From Perkinsus chesapeaki ATCC PRA-425 (Eukaryota; Protista; Perkinsozoa): 37,926 nucleotides of DNA. Under the pieces are notes generated by a model, which searched no databases, was not told the DNA's origin, and was given only the letters and a program-made list of their open reading frames with translations. Of this stretch, positions 1-10,420 are shown in pieces. The first letter of the stretch is position 1; every line of letters starts with the position of its first letter. A program made the position numbers and the translations under genes. The DNA lies in the NCBI GenBank assembly GCA_013115145.1, contig JAAPAO010000340.1, positions 1 to 37,926 on the forward strand, written 5' to 3'.

Positions 1-145
1 CGCGTTCGCCGGTGAAGCGGATATGTCTCATGTGGCCATGATAAAGTGCACTCTCGGACCCAACAGGTAGTAGGCACTTCTGGACACATTTTATTAAGTT
101 ATGAACTAGGCAATACCGTTGACGAGCTTACGTTCTTTATTATTC

Positions 146-1265
146 CTCCAAGCGCCCGGTCAGCAGCGTTCGCCTGGTTAATTAGTTTTCTTATGGACAG
201 TCTACCACTCGCATCATTTGAGCTTGATAAAACCTAAAGGACACCAAGCCTACGGACCGAGGTGAATATAGCCTCCCAGACAACATCGAAAGTAGCTCCT
301 ACACTGGGAAGACCAGGGCTGTTAAACTGGAGGGACACCCGACGGAGAATTATACCCTCTTTTACAGAGGTCCGTCCAATTTACGCCCATCACTCAGAGA
401 CAAGAAATATTCCAGAATAGTGCTTGAAGGGGGACTTGCAAGATAGTTCAGAAGTTTAGTTAATTTACATCTATAAGCTCATCCACATCCGAAGGTGGTC
501 TAAATTCAGCCTTCTGAGCTGGCCCCGGTAGACCCCCCAGTTGGATAGGGCTCGATCCAACCGACATCGATGCTCGACTTGAGTCTAAAAACGACACAAC
601 GCTAAAAGTGATGCAGGATTCTTCTATACCATCAAATTCGTGACGCCGTGACGTATCATTCTCGCTTATCGGAGGTGGTGGCGGAGGAGGCGGAGGCGGT
701 GGTGGAATCTCATCGTCACTCTCAGAAGGGACTACAAGCGAGCACTTTCTGAGTAAAAGTTGGTATGAGTTACCTTCTTTGCTAGCCTGTGACGGCGGTA
801 CTATCTCACTGGCTCCCTTTGGCTCCGCCGGCGCAGGTTGCACGGTTGGAGAGTAACCTTCGCTTTGTTGGTCTTCTTCTTCCTCTTCCTCTTCTTCGTC
901 CTCTAATGCATCTCTCAGCTCCACCATGGCCTGGTCGGCTAACTCGCGAGCTCGACCACTCAATCGACTTAACATAAAACGTGAAGGAACTGGCAATATG
1001 GAAGATCTTATCAATCAGGAGTATGTCAATAGAGATATCAGTTCAGTACAGATAGCAATGAAATATTCAAGCTTCATGTTAACAAGGATTTCTGGTTCGT
1101 CATTTGGAGTTCTCCAGAAGCTCTACGAGTTCCCGTAACCTGGTGGCTACGTGACTGAGGCCGTACACCGATGGCCCCGAAAATGCATGTGGTCGAGAAG
1201 TTACCGAGGAAGTTGTCAAACTTAGTAGAAACATTTTCAATTCGATCATGCAAGACCTGAACCAT
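146..1265 (-). CDS. Spliced gene of unknown function with poly-Glu and poly-Pro tracts; probably continues off the left edge
   Basis: Long open frame 1014-460 (EDEEEEEEEEDQQ, PPPPPPPPPP). Further probable exons near 1265-1150 and 233-146 have AG/GT borders (cctttag|gtttta ... aagaac|gtaagc). Exon joins not fully resolved. Confidence 0.5.
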
Positions 1266-2767
1266 TATTTATGATTAACGAGAAAATCGAGTTGGCAAAA
1301 TTTTGCGGCATCAGCAAGCCCCATTGAGCTCTGCCATATTCAGAGGCACCGCTAGTCATCTCTCTAGAATTATTCAACGTTATTGCTTCACAAGCCCAAC
1401 TGCATGCTCATCACTCTTGTGATGCCACGAACGCAACTGCACGCTGCTTTCGCTAAATGATCGCGTCAAAATTTAAGCTTTCAACGAGCGAGAACTGATC
1501 CTTGCCAAGATGAACTAAAACCCAAAAACCCGCATGAAAAGGCATTGCATCAGGTACAGTAGCATGCTCGCATTCATGGTCATATTAATTCACTCAAGTA
1601 TAAGCTCGGATCTGATCGAGCAGGATGACACAAAGCTTGGGCACGCGTGCACACCTTGCCTATGCCGTAACCAGACACACAGGCAACCGCTAACCATAGA
1701 AGGCTTTCAAATACAATAACGAAGATCCAGTAGCCGCCACTGATCAGAAAAAAGCGATGATGAATCAAAACATCGACACTTTACATGTTGTTATCATCGT
1801 ATCTCACAGGAGTGAGAAAACCGTTAAAACTCGAGCACGGCAAGGCAGCCATCAGAATCATGAGAGCCTAATGAAATGACGTATGCTGTAAAGGACGCAG
1901 CAGACCTACTGTGAGGCATCCTTGAGTTAGGGTGAATCGAGATAGGTGGGCGCCAGAATGGAGCGCCAGACACTTGTATCCCTGAGCGAACAGCACGGCG
2001 CAGCTATGTTCCGGAGAGCTTTTCAGAGCGAGTATTATCGACTGGACGTGGAGGAGGCCTGTAATGGCTAGTTTCTTATCGGTAGTTTTCGTTCCGGTTG
2101 CCTCGGTCAAATGACTTCCTACTGCGGAGGTACGTTAAACTTTGAATAGGAAATGCGTTCCTAGCAATAAACACCCTGACACTGCAACCCATTTTATATT
2201 ATCAACGACTCTGAAGTGTATCATGCCGGTGAACTAGGGCTCACCTCGGAGAGAGAGAAACATGCCAGGGATGCTATCAACACAGCGTTTAATAGGGAAT
2301 ATAACACTCGAACCTAACTAGCTTATACAATAACAAAAGAGCGGCTTACTTACCTCCTCGACATGCGGCTCTTTGATAGAAGCCAGTATGATGGAATTGA
2401 TGAAGTTTATGGACAGTACTGTGACAGTGGCAATGAAGGCCCAAAGTGTTGGACGTAAGGCGGTAGAAGCCTAATAGAGGGATAGATGTAAATAATAAAG
2501 GAACATTTATCAAGTGATTCGATGAGTACGAAAATTCGAAGTCAACGAAATTTATGAAGATTTGAAGTCAACGTGATCCATGATTCATGGACCATAAAGT
2601 TGAACTCGAGAATATATATCAATTCAAATTCCCAATGCTCACAGAACTCCGTCGATTCATGCACCTAGCATTCGGGGAAGGCTAGTCGCAACTGCGGACA
2701 GTTGCTTACGCATACCACTCTGGAAGTGAGTCCCTGTCTTCCAGATTTGAGAAATAGGAAGCGCTAA

Positions 2768-3142
2768 TTAAACTGCAGTAGCATTTATATCGGAATGACT
2801 GCTGCTAGCAACACTTATAATAAGGATTTGAACTCCATAAAAAGGAGCCGGGACCACCCAGTCTGACAAGCTAACGACAGCACAGAAACGCAGTGAAGCA
2901 CCTACATTCCTTGGAAGCTCGGTGAGATCGAGATGGACGATATTGAGGCCCGGAGGGAAATTGAAGTTTGACCAACGAATGGGCCCTGGCTGATCGCCGG
3001 ACAACGAAGAAGACGTCGCTCTGTTATAGATTGACTGCCGAGTCTCGGTGAGTTCGATACCGATCTGGAATGAAGTCAGAGGGGAAGGGCTGGCATATCT
3101 TACTTGCTTAGCAGCGATGCCAGCTGCCATCGAAGCACTCAT
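2768..3142 (-). pseudogene. SCAMP-like paralogue S2, copy a (5' exons intact, third exon apparently frameshifted)
   Basis: MSASMAAGIAAKQ|39-nt intron|IGIELTETRQ...IRWSNFNFPPGLNIVHLDLTELPRN|gtaggt. Shares the N(Y/F)PP..DL..P motif and both phase-0 intron positions with S1. Confidence 0.55.
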
Positions 3143-3567
3143 GTTGAGAAATCAATATGTCAGAAATGCTGAATTTTACAAGACACAGCCAACTACTTGC
3201 CATCCCATTTGTCAATACAGAACGCTTTTTCTGTCATTGATAGGCCTGTAGATTATCAAGGCTTCCGCACTAGCAAATCGATCAAATACCCCTCGCAACG
3301 TCGATACCAGCAGCAACGAGCCTCGTTGAACGAGGCATTCAACTGTGAAATGTCAACGTCCACCGGAGGTCTTGGAACATACCACAAAGTGGAGCAGCTT
3401 GTACGAAGGCAAAAGACCAAGAAAGCCACATATTGGCGTTCAAACGTTTTCTCAGGAAGACGGGAAAGCACGTCAGGAAGATTTCCTGACATGCAGCGGT
3501 TTAATTAGCACCCATAGATCTTGCGGGTCCACAGCAATGCGAACAATGGCGCATTAGAAGACAGAAG

Positions 3568-4300
3568 ATGGTTGAGCTCTGCGATGAGTCTGAAGAGACG
3601 CGCAATCCATTCATTTGCAAGAATCAGTTGGTAATGAGCACCACTTGATGTAGAAAATGAAGCAAAAACAGGCAATGAACTTGAGTACTAAATCAGTCAC
3701 CCGATCGACCTGCCAAGCCTGGTACAGTTCTCTGGCTTCGGCGCTGGAATGTAAAAATCTGAGACTGCTGTGGCGCTGTCTTCCATCGATCAAATTGTCA
3801 TTAGTAATGCGCACTGTCTTTCGATAGAAAACGACTGTCTTGTAGTACAAGACTTGTACAACATAAATTACATGAATAAATCTGGTCTTCAACGCGTATC
3901 TACTCTAATTTGATAATGTCTCCGCCAAACTCTGCCGCCGATGTCTCTCGAGGATATCAGATAATCTATGATATTGTTGTGAACTCAAGGCGCAAAGAAA
4001 CCCAACGTATGCTTGCAAATAGATAACACAGATGAGACTGGCAACCTGCGCAGCTGCAGTACAAAGGGCAGTGCAAATGGCATTATCAGCTCTCCGGTGA
4101 CTGACATACACCAAAGTCATTGTTAAGCCCAAACTACTGCATAAACAAGGACCGAGCCTTTGTCAATACATACTCCATGAATATATATTGTCTACTCCCT
4201 TCGGCAGTGTCTTATGTTTGGGACAGAACACTGTTTTACGAACAGCTTAGGTGACGTAAAGAGGATACTGCCTGAATAAAGCGGTTTGCCATCGATAAGT
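3568..4300 (+). pseudogene. Multi-exon gene or fragment Z, copy a, unknown function; divergent partner of S2
   Basis: MVELCDESEETRNPFICKNQL|41-nt intron|AMNLSTK... All three copy differences in this stretch fall inside the intron. Downstream exons (NAHCLSIENDCLVVQDLYNINYMNKSGLQR) are plausible, but the full frame is unresolved. Confidence 0.3.
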
Positions 4301-4534
4301 ATACTCGTTGATACCCTCAACTTTAACACAACAGCTCGGACTAGGGCAGAGCTTAAAACAGGAAAATTAGACTATCTAGGAGGAATACATGATTTGTGGA
4401 TCTCTTTGCTTAATTATTACCATACTAGATTTCAATAAGAAATTTATTATGGCTCAGTGACCAAGAGGAACTGATAAGTAACTGAATTAAATCAGTCTAA
4501 TATGGATTTGGTTGGATTTCTATTACTAGAAATA

Positions 4535-4581
4535 GGAAAGTCAAACCCGTATAAGTGCCACTTATACGGGTTTGACTTTCC
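4535..4581. repeat. Perfect hairpin with 23-bp arms and a 1-nt loop
   Basis: ggaaagtcaaacccgtataagtg-c-cacttatacgggtttgactttcc. Paralogous copies at ~10757 and ~14724 carry only part of one arm. Confidence 0.95.
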
Positions 4582-4621
4582 GATTTTAATTATCCACTCA
4601 TTAAGTGGGGTGAGCAAACCT

Positions 4622-5140
4622 TACAGTCCTAAGTCTTTGAGCAAACCGAAATGCATCAACATTATCGCTGATAATTTATCGGTTGTAGCTTCAGCAAGGC
4701 CTCTGGTACCCTAAAACACCAAGACTTGACGGTGACGGATGACAAGCTGGTCCACTTACTTGGTAAAATGCATAGAAAGCGAGACTGCCAAATATCACGG
4801 CATTCAAAATAGCATACAGAAGGCGCACCTGCCATCAGGGAGCCATAGAAGAGCATCTGATCTCATGCCAGGTAAGGATTGAATTTCAAGAATCAATCCA
4901 ACAAGCACGGACGACTCGAAGCAAATTGTAAAGGTTTTCCTAAGTGAAACTACTCATGAGGCTTGTTTCCTCCCCGTGAATATCACCACTACCTGATTTT
5001 TGACGAAAGTAGCCTTGACGAGTGTCACATGACATAACCGCGCCGATTCCAGCTCCTACACAAACTGATGATCTTCAACAACGCGATTTGCCACCTACCA
5101 AATCGCTGTCCTTCTTTTCCTTCTTGCCGACGTCGGACAT
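4622..5140 (-). pseudogene. SCAMP-like S1, copy a (internal deletions, 3' exons missing)
   Basis: Homologous to 10789-11728, but exon 2 is deleted (ccgattcc joined to agctcctacac) and part of exon 3 is deleted. Confidence 0.72.
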
Positions 5141-5586
5141 GCCACGAAATTCAAATTAACCAATCAGCGTTGCCCAACAAGACACATTTCGTAACGGTTA
5201 AGGCGTTTCCCATCTCCGGGAATTTCCTTCCCCACCGCGCTCGAAAATGCCAAGCAGCAGTGCTCAACCGTGCTGCTGCAGCACGGAATTCGGACCAGCG
5301 CGCGAAGTCGGGCGCGCGCGGTTCTTATGCAAATATCGCTCGCCCCGCGCGTCTGCAAATTACGCGCGTTTAGTGATCGCAATGTTAGGGGAATTTCAGA
5401 TTTTTGGTGATAGGATTTATTAGGGCATTTTAAAGTCTATTATGGACTTATGACTATTATGGACTAACTGGTCATAGTTTAGCCTTTTTAATGCCTTGTT
5501 TGAGGCTAGGGGCACTAAGGCAGCTCAGTGGTCGCACGCCCACATTGTTACCATTTTCAGTATAATTCATTGCACGCTTTCTAAGC
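5141..5586. promoter_or_regulatory. Putative bidirectional promoter between S1 (-) and X (+), copy a
   Basis: ~0.4 kb between divergent ATGs, CG-rich with GGGCGCGCGC. Conserved ccattttcag acceptor ~25 nt before the X ATG. Confidence 0.4.
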
Positions 5587-6232
5587 ATGCTACACACCAC
5601 TATTACAATCTGCCTCGCCTATCATATAATTATGATGCAACCGGCCTCTGCTGCTCCCCTGGCCCAAAGCAGCAACTTAAGGTACGTTGTCGATTTGCCC
5701 TCCTATTTCACATGCCCTTTCAATTTCAGAGGCTACGATCATCCCCCTGTTGAGGGCCGCCGCCTCTCAGATGACCCTCAAGAATCCTTCGACCCCATCC
5801 TTAAAGGGCTTCCTGAGTAAGCCCACTCCAATCTGGCATATTCGCAGGAATCTTTTTTCCCTCAGGATCAATGCGCCGAGCTCCGGTAAGGTACAAGCGT
5901 ACGCTATAGTTAATCTAGTCCTCGGCACTATCTCGTGTATCCTCACGTGCGCTTGTTGGATACAGAATACTATATGGTAAGACCGATAGACAAACGCCTC
6001 GTTCCAGACACTTTCTCTTTTCAGCTTTTGCAAGCTCTGCTTCGCCTGCTGTTTGCCCTCATACAGGAAGAAATGGGTTGCCAAAAACCTTCAGGTCGTC
6101 CAGCCTCCTCCAACACCCAAGCACGGTCGTAACGTCTCTGATGCCTCCACAGCCGCCGACGTTGTTATTGAATTGGAGGAAGGTGGCAAAAATGAGGAGA
6201 GGGAAGTTGGGGATGATCAAACTCGCATCTAA
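5587..6232 (+). CDS. Gene X copy 1: 166-aa predicted type-I membrane protein (signal peptide, NLRG/RRL, one TM, Cys-rich juxtamembrane cluster, acidic tail)
   Basis: Exons 5587-5681, 5730-5816, 5866-5976, 6025-6232 with 48-49-nt GT-AG introns and consistent phases: MLHTTITICLAYHIIMMQPASAAPLAQSSNLRGYDHPPVEGRRLSDDPQESF...VQAYAIVNLVLGTISCILTCACWIQNTICFCKLCFACCLPSYRKKW...DDQTRI*. Copy differences in exons 2-4 are largely synonymous in this frame. Confidence 0.85.
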
Positions 6233-6430
6233 TTGTGATAGGTATGATCGTCCATAATATATTATAATTACAGTAAGTCGATGAACGCCCGGCAATAATT
6301 TGTCAAAAGGATTATTTTCAGACCCGTCTGACACCGTGGACCCCAAGGCCCGGCAGACAAGAAAATCTCGACCTGCACCATTTAAGAGTTGTGACTACTA
6401 TCGATTCGAAAATATCGTATTATCGTTATA

Positions 6431-7430
6431 ATGAAATATCTATTATTTTTTGCACTCATGTGCAAGAATGTATCGTCTCTCGTTCGCTGCATCTTACATG
6501 GCTTATCTCGTGGTTGTTATATTATTCCTATTATTGAGTTAATAGTGGGCTTAATCGCGGTGGCTTACCTCGCTACACAGTACTCCACATTTCTTGGAGG
6601 GATTCACCTATATAGGTTATGCCGAGAACGGTTGTATTCGGCCAGGTGAGAAATTGAACTAATTTCCGCGTTGGCGAGCCACTTTTCTGATGTACAGCCA
6701 GGAAGTCACTCAATCTGTCATTTGAAAAAGGGAAATGAGTTCGCCGGGGATCGAAAAATGTAACACTTCAGCCTAACAGTCTTCACCAACATCAAACTTA
6801 CTTGAATTCTCGAAGGGGTTTGTAACATAACAACGCAATTCATACAGCCTCACCAATTAAGAAATCTGAGAAATTAATTTCTGAAAATTTCTGGTGTTTA
6901 CTAAATTTTAAAACCGGGTTTCGAGATTCGAGATATTTTCCATACCAGCTGGTGTGCTGGTAACCAGCACAGAGCCACTCTCAAGCGCTTTCCCGCGCCG
7001 CACGAGTCGCCGGCTTGGCGACACTTGGCGATGCCTAGGTGTTCCAAATAAACAGATTTTTGCAGATCGCTCTGTGGTACTCAAGAAACATACTGTTGAA
7101 TAGTATTCAATGAATACGTTAAAGCATATGCAACACGTCAGGTAACCTGACTCAGCTTGCATCAAGTCTCGAAACTGGCAGAAAACCGCTCAGCTTGAGC
7201 AACATATGTAACATACAGTACAAGGAAGATTTGACCGGGCTGCCATTGGCAAATTCAGAAGTGTAAACTGCCGTTCGATCCGGAACGATTAGTATGCCTG
7301 CATATCAATTACCGATAATCGGTATACTATTCGATAGAGCTATGAATTTTCGACCCAACGGGACCTTACACATCTCAATTTGCCAGTTGTAACTCGACCA
7401 AACCTCCGTTGGACAGTTCTTTCGATAGGA
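6431..7430 (+). pseudogene. Degenerate multi-exon gene Y, copy 1, unknown function
   Basis: Exon-like blocks with synonymous divergence versus the 13.6-13.8 kb copy (QGRFDRAAIGKF / QGGFDRAAIGKF; MNFRPNGTLHIS / MNFRGNGALHVS). Joins introduce stops. Confidence 0.3.
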
Positions 7431-7589
7431 TTGTACTATTAGAGGCTCTAATTTAGAGCTCCTCTTCTAGAAGATACTACTATGATATAATGCCCGTCCC
7501 GCCTAATTAAGACAGTCTCTAGATTGAACTACACAATTTCCGGGTCGAGTTAAAGCTTTTTTCGATGAGTTCGAAAACGGCGGGAAAAC

Positions 7590-8002
7590 GGATTTGCTTC
7601 TTAAAGTAGCCTTCAGTGTCACATTTAATGTGACACCGAAGGCTACTTTCGCGGTTATGTAACTTACATAACCGCGCCCATCCCCGCACCTTGCAAAAGC
7701 ATACCAACATTATTTCCTTCGCAAAGCCCACCTCGCCTTGCGGCACATCGCCGAGGTCAAAATGTTTCATATTAAGAAATGGAGGCTAGTTGGAGTCGCA
7801 CCAATCAATCACTCGGATGGGCACCTCCTCAATATCAGTTATACTGGCTCGCGTAGACGATGAGCTTGCACTTTTGAAACGGTCAAGTCGCAGCATACCT
7901 AAGCTCTCCTACACAAACTGATGATCTTCAACGCGATTTGCCACGGTGCTAATACCACCTACCGAATCGCTGTCCTTCCTTTCCTTCCAGCAGACGTCGG
8001 AC
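7590..8002 (-). pseudogene. SCAMP-like S1, truncated copy (start codon mutated to GTG)
   Basis: Contains the exons ...DWCDSNY/FPPFLNMKHFDLGDVPQGE|VRGWARL... Exon 3 is disrupted by an inverted insertion. Confidence 0.7.
7603..7676. repeat. Two abutting hairpins (22-bp arms with 1 mismatch; perfect 13-bp arms)
   Basis: aaagtagccttcagtgtcacat-tta-atgtgacaccgaaggctacttt followed by cgcggttatgtaa-c-ttacataaccgcg. Confidence 0.95.
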
Positions 8003-8165
8003 ACGCCGTCACGAAATTCAAACAAAGAAATCAATAAGTATAATAATACCTTTAATCATTAAAGCTTGATGCTTTGTTTGAGGCTAGGGGGCACTAGGGC
8101 AGCTCAGTGGTCGCACGCTTACATTGTTACCATTTACAGTATAAATAATTGCACGCTTTTTAAGC

Positions 8166-8395
8166 ATGCTCAACAGCACTATCATAATCTCACTGATCAT
8201 GATGCAACCGGCCTTTGCTGCTCCCCTGGTCCAGAGCAGCAACTTAAGGTACGTTGTCGATTAGTCCTCCGATTTCGCATGTTCTTTCAATTTCAGAGGC
8301 TACGATCATTATAATTGATTGCACGCTTTCTAAGCATGCTGCATATCAATATTATAATCTTATTAATTCTGATGTAACCAGTCTCTGCTGCTCGT
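8166..8395 (+). pseudogene. Two truncated tandem 5' fragments of gene X
   Basis: MLNSTIIISLIMMQPAFAAPLVQSSNLR|intron|GYDH breaks off. A second exon-1 copy starts at 8336 (MLHINIIILLILM*PVSAAR) with an in-frame stop. Confidence 0.75.
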
Positions 8396-8491
8396 GACAC
8401 AATAGTGCTTTGCAACCACTCATTCAATATACGACGGGTATGTCCATACAGGAAGCATTTGGGGAAGGTTCCAAAGTTTGGACTTTGGAGC

Positions 8492-8538
8492 CAAGTCACT
8501 GTCCGCAGTTTGGAGGCCAAACTGCGGATAGTGACTTG
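8492..8538. repeat. Hairpin with 22-bp arms (1 mismatch), at a duplication junction
   Basis: caagtcactgtccgcagtttgg-agg-ccaaactgcggatagtgacttg. The paralogous site at ~2690 has only a partial single arm (aactgcggacagt). Confidence 0.9.
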
Positions 8539-8579
8539 CGCAGACTAGTCGGGGAGTGAGAAGGTGAGTTTTAGTTTTT

Positions 8580-8840
8580 CGGATTTGAGAAATAAGAAGC
8601 GCTAATTAAACTGCAGTAACATTTATATCGGAATGACTGCTGGTACCAACAATTATAATAAGGATTTAAACTTCACAAAACTGAGTCTACACAAACTATC
8701 CAGTCCGATAAGCTAAAGGCAGCACAGAAACGCAGTGAAGCACCTACATTCCTGGGAAGCTCGGTGAGACGATATATGAGATGGATCATGTTGAGGCCAG
8801 GAGGGAAATTGAAGTTTGAGCAACGAATGGACCCTGGACC
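8580..8840 (-). pseudogene. SCAMP-like S2, copy b (frameshifted, 5' end lost)
   Basis: GPGSIRCSNFNFPPGLNMIHL followed by a frameshift relative to 2768-2975. Confidence 0.55.
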
Positions 8841-9091
8841 TCCGCTTTTGCCAGTCGATCAAATACCCCTCGCACCGTCGATACCAGAAGCGACGAGGCA
8901 TTCAACTGTCAAATGTTATCCACCGGAGGTTTCGGGGCACACCACAAAGTGGAACGATCTGTACAAATGCAAGACCAGAAAAGTTACATATTGGCTTTCA
9001 AACGTTTTCCTGACATGCAGCGATTTAAATAGCACCTATAGATCTCACGGGTCGAAAGAAATGCGAACAGTGACGCACTAAGAGACAGAGG

Positions 9092-9830
9092 ATGGTTGAA
9101 CTCTGCGATAAGTCTGAAGAGATGCGCAATCCATTCATTTGCAAGAATCAGTTGGTAATGAGCACCATTTGATGTAGAAAACGAAGCAAGAACAGGCAAT
9201 GAACTTGAGTACTAAATCAGTCACCCGATCGACCTGCCAAGCCTGGTACAGTTCTCTGGCTTCGGCGCTGGAATGTAAAAATCTGAGACTGCTGTGGCGC
9301 TGTCTTCCATCGATCAAATTGTCATTAGTAATGCGCACTGTCTTTCGATAGAAAACGACTGTCTTGTAGTACAAGACTTGTACAACATAAATTACATGAA
9401 TAAATCTGGTCTTCAACGCGTATCTACTCTAATTTGATAATGTCTCCGCCAAACTGTGTCGCCGATGTCTCTCGAGGATATCAGATAATCTATGATATTG
9501 TTGTGAACTCAAGGCGCAAAGAAACCCAACGTATGCTTGCAAATAGATAACACAGATGACACTGGCAACCTGCGGAGCTGCAGTACACAGGGCATTGCAA
9601 ATGGCATTATCAGCTCTCCCGGAGAGCTCTCCGGTGACTAGCCTACAATAAAGTCATTGTTAAGCCCAAACTACTGCATAAACAAGGACCGAGCCTTTGT
9701 CAATAAATACTCCATGAATATATAGTCTTCCCTCTATCAGCATTGTCTTATGCTTGGGACAGAACACTGTTTTGTGAACAGCTTGGGTGACGTAAAGAGG
9801 ATACTGTCTGAGTAAGGCGCTTTGCCATCG
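9092..9830 (+). pseudogene. Gene or fragment Z, copy b
   Basis: Near-identical to 3568-4300 (MVELCDKSEEMRNPFICKNQL). Confidence 0.3.
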
Positions 9831-10079
9831 ATAAGTACACTCGTTGATATTCTAAACTTCAGCACAACAGCAATCATCGTCCTATACAGGTAAAGCACTA
9901 CTTGTCAAAACTACAAAAATCTCTACCGCTGCAGCAGCGGCACAGTATGAAGCGAAATAACGGTGGAAAGATACAACATAGCGAACTCAAAATGTATGGA
10001 CGCTCGCTTTTTAGGGTGTCCATGATCACAATCAATTATACAGTTCATACAGTAAAGGGCTGGTAATGTAGGCGCTCTT

Positions 10080-10330
10080 GTTCCAGTTACACGTCAGGTT
10101 GCATCAAGTCCTTCACCTGGCATGAAACCAACACTCAACTTGAATACGGAATGCCGCCATGCAGTGTTATATACATCTCGGTAAGCACTGTTCACAGAGG
10201 AATAAATCTCCAAGATTTGATCGGGTGACTTCTGGCAAATCCCTTGTTGGATCATCCAACTGGGATCGAGCGGCAGCGAACACCGCCTACCAAGGTGGTC
10301 CACAAGAAGTGGCATCGATCACAGTATACA
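10080..10330 (+). pseudogene. Diverged fragment related to gene Y
   Basis: cacgtcaggttgcatcaagtc matches ~7135 and ~13521; SPRFDRVTSGKS resembles QGRFDRAAIGKF. Confidence 0.25.
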
Positions 10331-10420
10331 GCATAAAAAATAAATAATACAAAGAGGAGATGCGAAACGGTCACAACGATCATGACTCCTGGCTTAGTAA
10401 GCCAGGTAAGCCAGGCTTAC

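Noticed and set aside
1400-2150. Exon-like blocks on the + strand (e.g. MERQTLVSLSEQHGAAMFRRAFQSEYY)
   Set aside because: Could not join them without stops and recognised no family; possibly a pseudogene.
3611-3892. 93-aa - strand ORF MKTRFIHV... (also 9135-9416)
   Set aside because: Copy differences cluster in a + strand GT-AG intron, favouring a + strand spliced gene.
5767-5820. TGA/TGG variation among copies on the - strand as UGA=Trp recoding
   Set aside because: The coding strand here is + (gene X exon 2, supported by splice sites and synonymous bias); the - frame is a shadow.
6059-6346. Repeated 95-aa - strand ORF (also 12606-12893 and 16365-16652)
   Set aside because: Antisense shadow of X exon 4; it recurs only because the cassette is duplicated.
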